DNA of 64,000 bases from a virus (IMGVR_UViG_2778261139_000002:22595-86594), one strand, 5' to 3'; shown: positions 37,031-48,185, counted from the stretch's first letter. Program-made: numbers and translations. The notes: generated by a model not told the origin, from the letters alone.

Positions 37031-38080
37031 GTGCGGGTATTACTTAGACCTGTTCTGGTGCCTGAGCTTGGGCTGGTGGTCCTTAAGCCGGGCCGTGAAT
37101 CCATACAGATATTTCATAATCCTCGAGTGCTGGTGGAACCGGAACCAAAAAGCATGCGTAATCTGCCATCCGGAGTCGTTCCTGCCGTTCGCCAGCCGCT
37201 GGCGGAAGACAAAACATTGCTGCCGTTTTTTAGTAACGAACGGGTGATTCGTGCTGCTGGCGGCGTTGGCGCATTGTCCGACTGGCTATTACGTCATGTT
37301 ACATCCTGCCAGTGGCCTAATGGCGATTACCATCACACTGAAACAGTCATTCACCGTTATGGTACCGGCGCAATGGTGTTGTGCTGGCACTGCGACAACC
37401 AACTGCGTGACCAGACATCGGAATCACTGGAGCTGCTTGCTCAACAAAATCTGACAGCATGGGTGATTGACGTCATCCGTCACGCAATAAGCGGTACGCA
37501 GGAGCGGGAATTATCTTTGGCTGAATTATCCTGGTGGGCGGTCTGCAATCAGGTGGTGGATGCACTACCTGAGGCTGTATCGCGTCGTTCGCTGGGATTA
37601 CCAGCGGAAAAAATCTGCTCGGTGTACCGCGAAAGCGACATCGTACCGGGAGAGCAGACCGCCACCAGCATATTGAAACAACGCACAAAAAATCTTGCAC
37701 CGTTGCCTTACGCCCACCAGCAACAAAAATCACCACAGGAAAAGACGGTGGTAAGCATCACCGTTGATCCAGAGTCTCCGGAATCTTTCATGAAGCTGCC
37801 TAAACGTCGCCGCTGGGTTAAGGAGAAATACACACGTTGGGTTAAGACACAGCCGTGTGCTTGCTGCGGTATGCCAGCCGACGATCCGCATCATCTGATT
37901 GGTCACGGGCAGGGCGGAATGGGAACAAAAGCACATGATCTCTTTGTGTTGCCTTTGTGCAGAAAGCATCACAACGAGCTGCATACGGATACAGTGGCAT
38001 TTGAAGATAAGTATGGCTCCCAACTGGAGCTGATATTTCGTTTTATCGATCGCGCGCTGGCAATTGGCGTACTGGCGTAA
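37031..38080 (+). CDS. ydfU: DUF968-family prophage protein YdfU
   Basis: C-terminal CACCGMPADDPHHLIGHGQGGMGTKAHDLFVLPLCRKHHNELH motif; GTG start at 37031 inferred to give 349 aa. Confidence 0.7.
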   Translation: MRVLLRPVLVPELGLVVLKPGRESIQIFHNPRVLVEPEPKSMRNLPSGVVPAVRQPLAEDKTLLPFFSNERVIRAAGGVGALSDWLLRHVTSCQWPNGDYHHTETVIHRYGTGAMVLCWHCDNQLRDQTSESLELLAQQNLTAWVIDVIRHAISGTQERELSLAELSWWAVCNQVVDALPEAVSRRSLGLPAEKICSVYRESDIVPGEQTATSILKQRTKNLAPLPYAHQQQKSPQEKTVVSITVDPESPESFMKLPKRRRWVKEKYTRWVKTQPCACCGMPADDPHHLIGHGQGGMGTKAHDLFVLPLCRKHHNELHTDTVAFEDKYGSQLELIFRFIDRALAIGVLA

Positions 38081-38093
38081 GTGGAGAACGAGC

Positions 38094-38846
38094 ATGAACC
38101 TTGAAGCCTTACCAAAATATTACTCCCCAAAATCTCCAAAATTGAGCGATGACGCTCCAGCGACAGGCACCGGTTGTTTAACAATTACGGATGTAATGGC
38201 AGCGCAGGGGATGGTGCAGTCGAAAGCACCACTTGGGTTGGCCTTATTTCTGGCAAAAGTTGGTGTTCAGGACCCTCAGTTTGCGATTGAAGGCCTGCTA
38301 AATTACGCGATGGCACTGGATAACCCGACATTGAACAAATTGAGTGAAGAAATCCGGTTACAGATTATTCCTTACCTCGTGAGTTTTGCCTTTGCTGATT
38401 ACTCCAGGTCTGCGGCAAGTAAGGCTCGCTGTGAGCATTGTTCAGGTACGGGATTTTATAATGTATTGCGCGAAGTGGTGAAACACTACAGACGCGGGGA
38501 ATCTGTAATCAAGGAAGAATGGGTGAAGGAACTATGTCAGCATTGCCATGGTAAGGGCGAAGCCAGCACAGCGTGCAGAGGGTGTAAGGGTAAAGGGATT
38601 GTTCTGGATGAAAAAAGAACCCGGTTTCATGGCGTACCGGTATATAAGATTTGTGGGCGTTGTAATGGAAACCGGTTTAGTCGTTTACCGACCACGCTGG
38701 CACGACGTCATGTCCAGAAGCTGGTACCAGACCTGACCGATTATCAGTGGTATAAGGGGTATGCGGACGTCATTGGTAAACTGGTAACAAAGTGCTGGCA
38801 GGAAGAAGCATACGCGGAAGCGCAATTGAGGAAGGTGACGAGATAA
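38094..38846 (+). CDS. quuQ: Late-gene antiterminator Q (phage 21/82 type)
   Basis: 250 aa from MNLEALPKYY; Cys clusters CEHCSGTGF, CQHCHGKGE, CRGCKGKG, CGRCNG; position upstream of the late promoter region. Confidence 0.8.
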   Translation: MNLEALPKYYSPKSPKLSDDAPATGTGCLTITDVMAAQGMVQSKAPLGLALFLAKVGVQDPQFAIEGLLNYAMALDNPTLNKLSEEIRLQIIPYLVSFAFADYSRSAASKARCEHCSGTGFYNVLREVVKHYRRGESVIKEEWVKELCQHCHGKGEASTACRGCKGKGIVLDEKRTRFHGVPVYKICGRCNGNRFSRLPTTLARRHVQKLVPDLTDYQWYKGYADVIGKLVTKCWQEEAYAEAQLRKVTR

Positions 38847-38877
38847 ATGATTTTTGCTGAAGATGGCGACATGATGT

Positions 38878-38906
38878 TTGCATTCTTCAAAAAATATGGA
38901 TAAAAT
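38878..38906 (+). promoter_or_regulatory. Candidate Q-dependent late promoter (PR-prime-like)
   Basis: TTGCAT-N17-TAAAAT about 30 bp after the Q stop codon. Confidence 0.45.
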
Positions 38907-38952
38907 TTTTTCAACGATGGGCTTTGTATACCCGACGTTAAGAAAAAGTAGA

Positions 38953-38980
38953 AAACCCGCTGATGAGCGGGTTTTGTGCT
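38953..38980. terminator. Bidirectional rho-independent terminator (tR-prime-like on plus strand; cspF terminator on minus strand)
   Basis: ACCCGCT-gatg-AGCGGGT flanked by A tract upstream and T tract downstream. Confidence 0.6.
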
Positions 38981-39267
38981 TTAAATGGGGCAATGGTAAT
39001 GTTGAATCTCATCCCGGGACTCATGTCTGTTAACTTATTATTTAGCTGGTGACTTGGTTATTTGCCTGATGTTTAAAATGTTTTCTTCCAGTACAATGTC
39101 CCTAAACACAATGAGTCTGCTTATTATATTATTAGCAGAGCTATTACGGCCAAAGTACAGCATAAGCTTTTAAAGCCAATCAACCAGTCATCAAGACAGA
39201 CGGGGTTATTCATAAAAACTCTCCATGTGTGATCCGATGGGGCCTGAAATTAAAGCTTTAATATAGC

Positions 39268-39480
39268 TCATGAAAGGTAAACATTGGCAGCTGAAGGGCC
39301 ACGCAGACCATTTATCCGGCAAAATTCCACGCGTAATCCGGTGGTAATTTCTTCTGCATCGCGGAGATTGAGCGCTGAAACATGAAGCTGGACATCGATA
39401 CGACCATCGGATGGGGTGATAAGACCCTTGCCGCTTTTGCCGTCAAAGGTTTTGACAATTCCTGTCATTTTACGGGACAA
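39268..39480 (-). CDS. cspF: Cold-shock-domain protein, CspF/CspH type
   Basis: 70 aa [27 protein letters not shown]...[20 protein letters not shown]. Confidence 0.85.
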
Positions 39481-39780
39481 AAAAATTCCTTAATACTGAT
39501 AACTTGGCGCACTATACACACGTTCCTGAAGAAAGCTATAGTTTTTTGATGGGGTTGAAGATGGCTGGATGTCTAAAATAAACATTGCTTCATATGTTCA
39601 ACTATGCGTTAATGATTGCGTCGGTTTGAAGAACAGACGATATACGAAGTAGTTTACTAAAGCAGTTCTCATTTCAGGTGTTATTCACTTATTCCTTCTT
39701 TGAGTCTCTCCAATTAAGTACGAAGTCGTTTCTGTTATGCAAACCATTTATGCCGAAAGGCTCAAGTTAAGGAATGTAGA

Positions 39781-39996
39781 ATGTCAAATAAAATGACTGG
39801 TTTAGTAAAATGGTTTAACGCTGATAAAGGTTTCGGCTTTATTTCTCCTGTTGATGGTAGTAAAGATGTGTTTGTGCATTTTTCTGCGATTCAGAATGAT
39901 AATTATCGAACCTTATTTGAAGGTCAAAAGGTTACCTTCTCTATAGAGAGTGGTGCTAAAGGTCCTGCAGCAGCAAATGTCATCATTACTGATTAA
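39781..39996 (+). CDS. cspB: Cold-shock protein CspB
   Basis: 71 aa [71 protein letters not shown]; long 5-prime UTR-like leader. Confidence 0.9.
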   Translation: MSNKMTGLVKWFNADKGFGFISPVDGSKDVFVHFSAIQNDNYRTLFEGQKVTFSIESGAKGPAAANVIITD

Positions 39997-40277
39997 AATT
40001 CATCGCTCGTCTGTATACGATAACGAAGAAGGCTGATGCCTGAGTAGAGATACGGACAGAGTAGTGAATATTGGATCTCTTTAATAAAAAGTAAGGAGGT
40101 CCAATACATGAAACAATGGCTAGCATATTTGGCAAAATCTTAATCAGGAAAAGTATGCTAACCATTGTGGTGAAGTGCAGGTTTGCTGCATGAATAGTTT
40201 TACAGCAGAAGCTAACTGCTGGCATGGCAAAACAAAGTGCGTAAGTGGATGACTCCCACAAAAAGCACCACAATCTC

Positions 40278-40300
40278 AAACCCGCTCAGGCGGGTTTTTT
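40278..40300 (+). terminator. Rho-independent terminator after cspB
   Basis: AACCCGC-tcag-GCGGGTT followed by TTTTTTATT. Confidence 0.6.
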
Positions 40301-40359
40301 ATTATCTGCTTTAAATATATTATTAAAATATAAAAAATACTTGTTACTAATAAAATCAA

Positions 40360-40530
40360 TCAGGCTACAGCTTTAAGATTTGTCTGGAATACTTTGTTGC
40401 AATGAGGGCAGATCAAAAGGGCACCTTTTTGTACTCTTGAAAAACTGTGTTCTGACTCTTGGGTGCAGTTTGGGCAGGAACATTTAACGAGATAATTACG
40501 GCGTGATTTTGAGTTTTTACGTTCTGACAT
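40360..40530 (-). CDS. Small zinc-ribbon protein, 56 aa (hypothetical)
   Basis: CSCPNC...CPHCNK four-Cys motif; start taken at internal Met MSERKNSK. Confidence 0.4.
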   Translation of the reverse strand: MSERKNSKSRRNYLVKCSCPNCTQESEHSFSRVQKGALLICPHCNKVFQTNLKAVA

Positions 40531-40749
40531 AGGCTTTTCCTGTATAAATGGCCGTATACAGTACACTAAATATGAAAACATTTCTCGTATTATTATTTTA
40601 TATATGACTTTCTTTCAAAATAATTACCCACATTTTTAATGTGTATGTTTTTTTAGCGCCGTTGAGAACAACGTGTGCTGTCAAAACTACCCCGTAGACT
40701 CCGATCTTTTCAAACATATTGCACCATCCGTGTACATCGGGGTGAGGAT

Positions 40750-40965
40750 ATGAAATCAATGGATAAGTTAACAACAGGTGTTGCCTATGGCACATCGGCG
40801 GGTAATGCTGGTTTCTGGGCATTGCAGTTACTCGATAAAGTAACTCCGTCACAGTGGGCTGCAATCGGTGTGCTGGGTAGCCTGGTTTTTGGCCTGCTGA
40901 CGTATCTGACAAATCTTTATTTCAAGATTAAAGAAGACAGGCGTAAGGCTGCGAGAGGAGAGTAA
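40750..40965 (+). CDS. Class II holin of the phage 21 S (pinholin) type with dual-start motif
   Basis: 71 aa [71 protein letters not shown]; two hydrophobic segments; Met1-Lys-Ser-Met4 dual start. Confidence 0.8.
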   Translation: MKSMDKLTTGVAYGTSAGNAGFWALQLLDKVTPSQWAAIGVLGSLVFGLLTYLTNLYFKIKEDRRKAARGE

Positions 40966-40969
40966 TCCA

Positions 40970-41277
40970 ATGACTCAAGACTATGAACTGGTTGTGAAAG
41001 GAGTCCGTAATTTTGAGAATAAAGTTACGGTAACTGTAGCCTTACAGGACAAAGAACGCTTTGACGGTGAAATTTTTGACCTGGATGTCGCCATGGACCG
41101 TGTTGAAGGAGCTGCGCTGGAGTTTTATGAGGCAGCAGCCAGAAGGAGCGTCCGGCAAGTCTTCCTGGAAGTAGCAGAAAAATTGTCAGAAAAAGTTGAG
41201 TCTTATCTGCAGCATCAGTACTCCTTTAAGATTGAAAATCCTGCCAATAAGCACGAGCGTCCTCATCATAAATATCT

Positions 41278-41281
<4 letters not shown>
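40970..41281 (+). CDS. ydfR: YdfR-like (DUF1327-type) protein between holin and endolysin
   Basis: 103 aa; position inside the lysis cassette as in Qin. Confidence 0.6.
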
Positions 41282-42305
<1,024 letters not shown>

Positions 42306-42667
42306 GGTAATATTAAATCGGAACATTTACATCGCGGAATGTAAAATTTGAATAAAAAGGACTCTTCCATGAGCCAAAATTCCTGAAATCTTAAGGGTAA
42401 GATAAAAGGTCTTAATCAGAATGACACGTTTTATTAATAAATAAAGCTATTCTTTCATTGCTGTGTTTTTCTTTACAAAAGTAATCCTTGCTATGGGTGG
42501 TTAATCATGCGTTAATGGTGTTCTGGTTTGTTACAAATTTATCTGAAGCAGTCATTGTTATAATTTTATTATTTGTACCTCTTGAGATTTCCTTGTTGGT
42601 TTTTCTCTCTGATATTTTTTTTCGGACCATTCTGCCCAAGGGCTAATTTCTTCAAAAGGTAATAATT

Positions 42668-42880
42668 ATGTCTAACAAAATGACTGGTTTAGTGAAATGG
42701 TTTAACCCTGAAAAAGGTTTTGGTTTCATCACGCCGAAAGATGGCAGCAAAGATGTGTTTGTCCATTTCTCAGCAATTCAGAGCAACGATTTCAAAACAT
42801 TAACTGAGAATCAGGAAGTTGAATTTGGTATTGAGAACGGACCTAAAGGTCCTGCCGCTGTTCATGTAGTGGCGCTTTGA
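42668..42880 (+). CDS. cspI: Cold-shock protein CspI
   Basis: 70 aa [70 protein letters not shown]. Confidence 0.9.
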   Translation: MSNKMTGLVKWFNPEKGFGFITPKDGSKDVFVHFSAIQSNDFKTLTENQEVEFGIENGPKGPAAVHVVAL

Positions 42881-43085
42881 GGTAGACAATATTACAAACC
42901 ATATTCACTTTAGATGCCCGTGTTGTCATGGTTCCCAGTATAGAACATCATCTTTTGATGTTTCTGACATGAATCCTTTCGGGGCAAAATGTATCTTTTG
43001 TAAATCAATGATGATTACATTTGATAATATTTCACAATACTTAAATGCCAGCCGTCTGTCGTTGGATTTAAAAAAGTGAAAATGA

Positions 43086-43108
43086 AGGCTCCTTCGGGAG
43101 CTTTTTTG
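43086..43108 (+). terminator. Rho-independent terminator after cspI
   Basis: GCTCC-ttcg-GGAGC followed by TTTTTT. Confidence 0.55.
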
Positions 43109-43151
43109 CTTGGTGTCTATTCGATGGATACTCACATACTACGGTAACATC

Positions 43152-43382
43152 ATGAAAAAAATCATAGTTTTTTTTAACTCTGAACCAGCAGTGGTAGTGC
43201 CAGCGATGACTGGAGTTAACACCATCATGCGTGAATATCCAAATGGCGAAAAAACACACCTTACTGTAATGGCCGCAGGGTTTCCATCTCTGACCGGAGA
43301 TCATAAAGTCATTTATGTAGCCGCGGATCGACATGTTACTTCAGAAGAAATTCTGGAAGCAGCAATAAGGCTCTTGAGTTGA
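43152..43382 (+). CDS. Hypothetical prophage protein, 76 aa
   Basis: ORF from internal Met MKKIIVFF; no family recognised. Confidence 0.4.
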   Translation: MKKIIVFFNSEPAVVVPAMTGVNTIMREYPNGEKTHLTVMAAGFPSLTGDHKVIYVAADRHVTSEEILEAAIRLLS

Positions 43383-43550
43383 TTTGATGCTATTGCATTG
43401 ATAATTCAGGAAAATTCTCTTTGTCTGTTTGTGTAAAATTTAGACTATCGTATGTTGATTATTGCGATGTTTCATCTTATCTTTTACACGTTTGCACCAT
43501 ATAATCGACTTACTGTGTAACTGGAAAGTCATAACAGACTAAAAGAGGAA

Positions 43551-43727
43551 ATGATGAATATTGAAGACTTAAAAACAAAAGCAGAAGCAGATATTTCTGA
43601 ATATATAACAAAAAAAATTATTGAACTTAAGAAAAAGACCGGGAAAGAAGTTACCAGTATTCAGTTTACCGCACGGGAAAAAATGACGGGTCTTGAAAGC
43701 TATGATGTCAAGATTAATTTAATCTGA
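43551..43727 (+). CDS. gnsB: GnsA/GnsB-family small protein
   Basis: 58-aa ORF below the ORF-track cut-off: MMNIEDLKTKAEADISEYITKKIIELKKKTGKEVTSIQFTAREKMTGLESYDVKINLI. Confidence 0.7.
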   Translation: MMNIEDLKTKAEADISEYITKKIIELKKKTGKEVTSIQFTAREKMTGLESYDVKINLI

Positions 43728-43878
43728 TGTATTCAATAATAAAATTTATCCATAAACCTCGTTTTTACGGGGTTTTGTTATATTTGAATGGTTCCGAATA
43801 TCTAAATCACAATTGTTGATGGTTTTTATTAAACCAATGCAGTCCGGCTCAGGAGTGAGAGAAGCCGGACGTTATGGT

Positions 43879-44310
43879 TTAGCGTGGTAAGATCTGTGTA
43901 GTTTTCTGGATGCTTTCAGTAATTTTCTGGATGCTTTCAGTAAATAGTAATGAGTTATCAAAGGCATAGTAATATCTTTGGTGTTCCTGGATATTTGTAA
44001 CCCATCGGAAAACTCCTGCTTTAGCAAGATTTTCCCTGTATTGTTGAAATGTGATTTCTTTTGATTTCAACTTATTATAGGAGGTCTCTATAAGATGTTT
44101 GTTTCTGGAGAATTTAACATTTACAACCTTTTTGAGTCCTTTTACTAACACTATGTTGTCGTTTTCTAACACAATGTGAATATTATCTGTGGCTAAATAG
44201 TAAATATAAAGTGAGACATTGTGACGTTTTAGCTCAGAATAAAATAATTCACAGTTTAAATCTTTACGCACTTGATCGAATATTTCTTTAAAAATGGCAG
44301 CCTGAGCCAT
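43879..44310 (-). CDS. ydfO: YdfO-like (DUF1398-type) protein carrying an in-frame 7-codon tandem duplication near the C terminus
   Basis: 143 aa from internal Met [19 protein letters not shown]...; C terminus ...[20 protein letters not shown]. Confidence 0.65.
   Translation of the reverse strand: MAQAAIFKEIFDQVRKDLNCELFYSELKRHNVSLYIYYLATDNIHIVLENDNIVLVKGLKKVVNVKFSRNKHLIETSYNKLKSKEITFQQYRENLAKAGVFRWVTNIQEHQRYYYAFDNSLLFTESIQKITESIQKTTQILPR
43902..43943. repeat. Perfect 21-bp tandem duplication (2 x TTTTCTGGATGCTTTCAGTAA) inside the ydfO-like CDS
   Basis: Read directly: 43902-43922 and 43923-43943 identical. Confidence 0.95.
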
Positions 44311-44610
44311 TGGTAAACCTTCCATGTGATACGATGGCGCGTAGTTAGCATTATCGTGTTTATTGTTTCAATCTGGTCTGACCTCTTTGTGTTTTGTTGA
44401 TGATTTATGTCAAATATTAAGCCTGTTTTTAATGAATAGTGTTGATTGCGTAACAAAATTGAGCCTTGCTGGCATCCAGGAGGGATATGCAACCGACAGA
44501 TGTATGTAAGGTCGATGTACTCAAACTTTCATACTTTTCCTCTTTTATGCAGTAAGATTTGAAGTAATATTTTAACCGCTAGATGACGAGCAAACGCATG
44601 GAGCGACAAA

Positions 44611-44817
44611 ATGAATAAAGAACAATCTGCTGATGAACTCTCGTTGGATGTGATTCGTGTAAAAAATATGCTTAATAGCACCATTTCTATGAGTTACCCG
44701 GATGTTGTAATTGCATGTATAGAACATCAGGTGTCTCTGGAAGCATTCAGGGCAATTGAGGCAGCGTTGGTGAAGCACGATAAGAATTCGAAGGATTATT
44801 CCCTGGTGGTTGACTGA
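44611..44817 (+). CDS. Hypothetical prophage protein, 68 aa
   Basis: ORF with RBS-like GGAG upstream; no family recognised. Confidence 0.4.
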   Translation: MNKEQSADELSLDVIRVKNMLNSTISMSYPDVVIACIEHQVSLEAFRAIEAALVKHDKNSKDYSLVVD

Positions 44818-45141
44818 GCACCATAACTGCTAATCATTCAAACTATTTCACCTGTGACAGAGTCAATATCGCATTCTGTCACTGTCAGGCTAATACAGAG
44901 CTGCAATTCAACTACTGCAATGTCCTCGTAATTAGGTGAATTTACAATATCGTCCTGTTCGGATGCCGGTTGCATTGCTGAAGATGAGGCATTTATGGTT
45001 CGCATATTTTCCCCTCATGCTCGTCAGTCCTGTGCGTAGGAAGAAACAGGACACTCACACTAATTTGTGTGGGCATGCTGTGATGTCCTTCTGAATTATT
45101 CCTATGCCATTATGTAAAGCGCTGTATCAGATGCTCATCAC

Positions 45142-45165
45142 GGCTGTCAGGCTGTCAGGCTGTCG
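45142..45165. repeat. Three tandem octamers GGCTGTCA/GGCTGTCA/GGCTGTCG upstream of the cos-like element
   Basis: Read directly from sequence. Confidence 0.9.
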
Positions 45166-45184
45166 GGTCCTCCCGGTGGGGGCC

Positions 45185-45245
45185 CCTGCCACGGGGCGGG
45201 AGCGTCGCGGAAAAAGGCTAGTTTTTGAAATTTTATTCGTCATCA
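45185..45245. other. Candidate cos region (cosN-like GC-rich element GGGGCGGGAGCGTCGCGG, then TTCGTCAT) ~180 bp upstream of the terminase small-subunit gene
   Basis: Similarity by eye to lambda cosN (GGGCGGCGACCTCGCGG) and position relative to Nu1-like gene. Confidence 0.45.
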
Positions 45246-45379
45246 CCACTACTGTAATTTATTGATATTACAGTGGTTTTATTTTTATGGTGTCGATTCT
45301 GATTGTTTTTTGTTCATCACTAACACCGTTTGCCTAAAGTTGTTCGCAAGATGCATGTTTAAAACATTCTGGAGCGGGT

Positions 45380-45874
45380 ATGGATCGAGAGTTAAAAAAT
45401 CTGACGCTGAATATCAGTCAACTGGCGGCATTGTCAGGTGTACATCGCCAGACTGCTGCGGCAAGGCTGCAAAATCTACCCGTTGCAGGGGGGCATGAAA
45501 GCAACCTCAAGCTTTATCGGGTGGTTGATATTGTGTCGGCATTTCTGGCATTACCACCGCCGGTTGCAGAAGGCGAAATGGACGCGCATGAGCGCAAAGC
45601 CTGGTATCAGTCTGAACGTGAGCGTCTTAAGTTCGAACAGGAAACGGCACAACTCATTCCGGCCAGTGATGTCAGACGGGAGTTTGCCATCTGGGCAAAA
45701 GCGGTCGTGCAGGTGCTGGAGACATTACCGGATATTCTTGAACGTGACTGCGGTCTGCAGCCTGCCGCTGTGAGCCGTGTTCAGTCCATTATTGATGATC
45801 TGCGCGATCAGATAGCCCTGCGGGTGACTGAAGCAGGTGCGGATGATGAGGAGGAATTACAGCAGGAGGAGTAA
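45380..45874 (+). CDS. Terminase small subunit (Nu1-like)
   Basis: 164 aa, immediately upstream of and abutting the terminase large-subunit gene; HTH-like N terminus. Confidence 0.7.
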   Translation: MDRELKNLTLNISQLAALSGVHRQTAAARLQNLPVAGGHESNLKLYRVVDIVSAFLALPPPVAEGEMDAHERKAWYQSERERLKFEQETAQLIPASDVRREFAIWAKAVVQVLETLPDILERDCGLQPAAVSRVQSIIDDLRDQIALRVTEAGADDEEELQQEE

Positions 45875-47976
45875 TGCTGAATCAGGAAACCGCAAAGGCA
45901 GCACGAACCGATTCAGGTTATATCCTTCGCGCACCGAGACGAATGCGGGTTGCTGATGCCGTTGCTCAGTATATGCGGGTGCCTATGGGGGCAGGGAACT
46001 CAGTCCCGTGGGATCCGCTGGTGGCACCGTATGTTATTGAGCCTATGAACTGCCTGGCCTCGCGTGAATACGACGCAGTGATATTTGTTGGCCCGGCACG
46101 AACCGGCAAGACTATCGGCCTGATTGACGGCTGGGTGATTTACAACGTGATTTGCGATCCTGCTGATATGCTGATCATTCAGATGACGGAGGAAAAAGCC
46201 CGCGAACACTCCAAAAAACGACTCGCCAGAACGTTTCGCGTCAGCCCGGAAGTGGTCAGTCGCCTGAGTCCGAACAAAAATGACAACAACGTTTATGACA
46301 GAACATTCCTTGCTGGCAACTACCTGAAAATCGGCTGGCCGTCAGTCAATATCATGTCTTCATCAGATTATAAATGCGTGGCGCTGACGGATTATGACCG
46401 TTTTCCGGAAGATATTGATGGTGAGGGGGATGCCTTCTCTCTTGCCTCAAAACGTACCACCACATTTATGTCCAGTGGTATGACGCTGGTGGAGAGTTCC
46501 CCCGGCAGGGATGTGAAGGATGTGAAATGGCGACGGACTTCACCGCATGAGGCTCCACCAACCACGGGGATCCTGTCGCTCTATAACCGTGGCGATCGCC
46601 GTCGCTGGTACTGGCCCTGTCCACACTGTGGTGAGTATTTTCAGCCCTGCGGCGATGTGGTTGCTGGTTTCCGTGATATTGCCGATCCTGTGCTGGCAAG
46701 TGAGGCGGCTTATATTCAGTGTCCTTCCTGTTCAGGACGGATTTTGCCTGTACAAAAACGCGAGCTGAACGGACGTGGGGTCTGGTTACGGGATGGTGAA
46801 TCCATCAATGCAGATGGCAGTCGTTATGGTGATCCCCGGCGTTCACGTATTGCGTCATTCTGGATGGAGGGTCCGGCAGCTGCTTATCAGACACTCTCGC
46901 AACTCGTTTACAAACTGCTTACTGCAGAACAGGAATACGAGACAACCGGAAGTGAAGAGACACTCAAGACGGTTATCAATACCGACTGGGGATTACCTTA
47001 TCTTCCCCGCGCCAGCATGGAGCAACGAAAAAGTGAATTGCTTGAGCAGCGGGCAGAGCCAGTTCCTTCCCGCAGTGTGCCGGATGGCGTTAATTTCCTT
47101 GTGGCGACAGTGGATGTGCAGGCGGGACGTCATCGCCGTTTTGTGGTTCAGGTAACGGGCTATGGCAGCCGTGGCGAACGCTGGATTATTGATCGTTACA
47201 ACATCACGCAGTCATTGCGCGGTGACAGCGACGGGGAGAGCCAGCGAATTGATCCGGCCAGCTATCCGGAAGACTGGGATGTCCTGCTGACGGATGTTTT
47301 TCATAAAAGCTGGTCGCTGGCCTCCGATCCTTCTCAACAAATGCGACTGATGGCAATGGCGGTGGACTCCGGCGGTGAAGACGGGGTCACTGATAATGCC
47401 TATAAATTCTGGCGTCGTTGCCGTCGTGATGGCCTTGGTAAACGTATTTACCTGTTTAAGGGTGACAGCATCCGGCGCGCAAAACTGATCAGCCGTACAT
47501 TCCCTGATAACACCGGACGAACGGGCCGCCGGGCGCAGGCCGCAGGTGATGTGCCGCTCTGGCTTCTTCAGACGGATGCCCTGAAAGACCGGGTGAATAA
47601 CGCGTTATGGCGTGACTCGCCAGGTCCCGGCTATGTGCATTTCCCTGACTGGCTGGGGAGCTGGTTTTACGACGAACTGACGTATGAAGAGCGGAGCAGT
47701 GACGGGAAATGGAGTAAGCCGGGTCGCGGTGCCAACGAAGCTTTTGACCTGATGGTGTATGCCGAGGCTCTGGTCATTCTGCATGGATACGAAAAGATCC
47801 GCTGGCCGGATGCACCGGAGTGGGCGAGCCGGGAAACCTGGCTGGAGTGTGTCCCGGACAGTACCGAACCGTCACCCACACCGGAACCGGTATCCACGCC
47901 TGTTAAAAAACAAAAACGGAAGAAAACAGTAACTGACGATGTTAACCCCTGGCTGACTTCCGGAGGATGGTTATGA
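45874..47976 (+). CDS. Terminase large subunit (GpA family)
   Basis: 700 aa; Walker A-like VGPARTGKT; CPHCGE zinc-binding-type motif as in lambda gpA. Confidence 0.9.
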   Translation: MLNQETAKAARTDSGYILRAPRRMRVADAVAQYMRVPMGAGNSVPWDPLVAPYVIEPMNCLASREYDAVIFVGPARTGKTIGLIDGWVIYNVICDPADMLIIQMTEEKAREHSKKRLARTFRVSPEVVSRLSPNKNDNNVYDRTFLAGNYLKIGWPSVNIMSSSDYKCVALTDYDRFPEDIDGEGDAFSLASKRTTTFMSSGMTLVESSPGRDVKDVKWRRTSPHEAPPTTGILSLYNRGDRRRWYWPCPHCGEYFQPCGDVVAGFRDIADPVLASEAAYIQCPSCSGRILPVQKRELNGRGVWLRDGESINADGSRYGDPRRSRIASFWMEGPAAAYQTLSQLVYKLLTAEQEYETTGSEETLKTVINTDWGLPYLPRASMEQRKSELLEQRAEPVPSRSVPDGVNFLVATVDVQAGRHRRFVVQVTGYGSRGERWIIDRYNITQSLRGDSDGESQRIDPASYPEDWDVLLTDVFHKSWSLASDPSQQMRLMAMAVDSGGEDGVTDNAYKFWRRCRRDGLGKRIYLFKGDSIRRAKLISRTFPDNTGRTGRRAQAAGDVPLWLLQTDALKDRVNNALWRDSPGPGYVHFPDWLGSWFYDELTYEERSSDGKWSKPGRGANEAFDLMVYAEALVILHGYEKIRWPDAPEWASRETWLECVPDSTEPSPTPEPVSTPVKKQKRKKTVTDDVNPWLTSGGWL

Positions 47977-48185
47977 ACCAGAATGATATCGAAGCCATGA
48001 TTCAGCGTTATACGGAAGCTGAAATGGCGGTGCTGGACGGAAAATCCGTCACCTTTAATGGTCAGCAGATGACCATGGAAAACTTATCTGAGATCCGGCA
48101 GGGACGGCAGGAGTGGGAGCGCCGCCTTGCGGCTCTGATTACACGACGACGGGGGCATCCCGGGTACCGGCTGGCGAGGTTCTGA
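47967..48185 (+). CDS. Head-tail joining protein (gpW-like)
   Basis: 72 aa between terminase and portal, C-terminal RRRG motif as in lambda gpW. Confidence 0.6.
   Translation: MVMNQNDIEAMIQRYTEAEMAVLDGKSVTFNGQQMTMENLSEIRQGRQEWERRLAALITRRRGHPGYRLARF

Noticed and set aside
38847-39267. Search for phage-borne tRNA genes between Q and the lysis genes
   Set aside because: Region is AT-rich promoter/terminator sequence plus cspF; no tRNA-like cloverleaf signatures noticed by eye.
45142-45165. Tandem octamer repeats considered as a possible CRISPR-like array
   Set aside because: Only three 8-bp units with no spacers; located in the cos region, so more likely a packaging or DNA-binding element.
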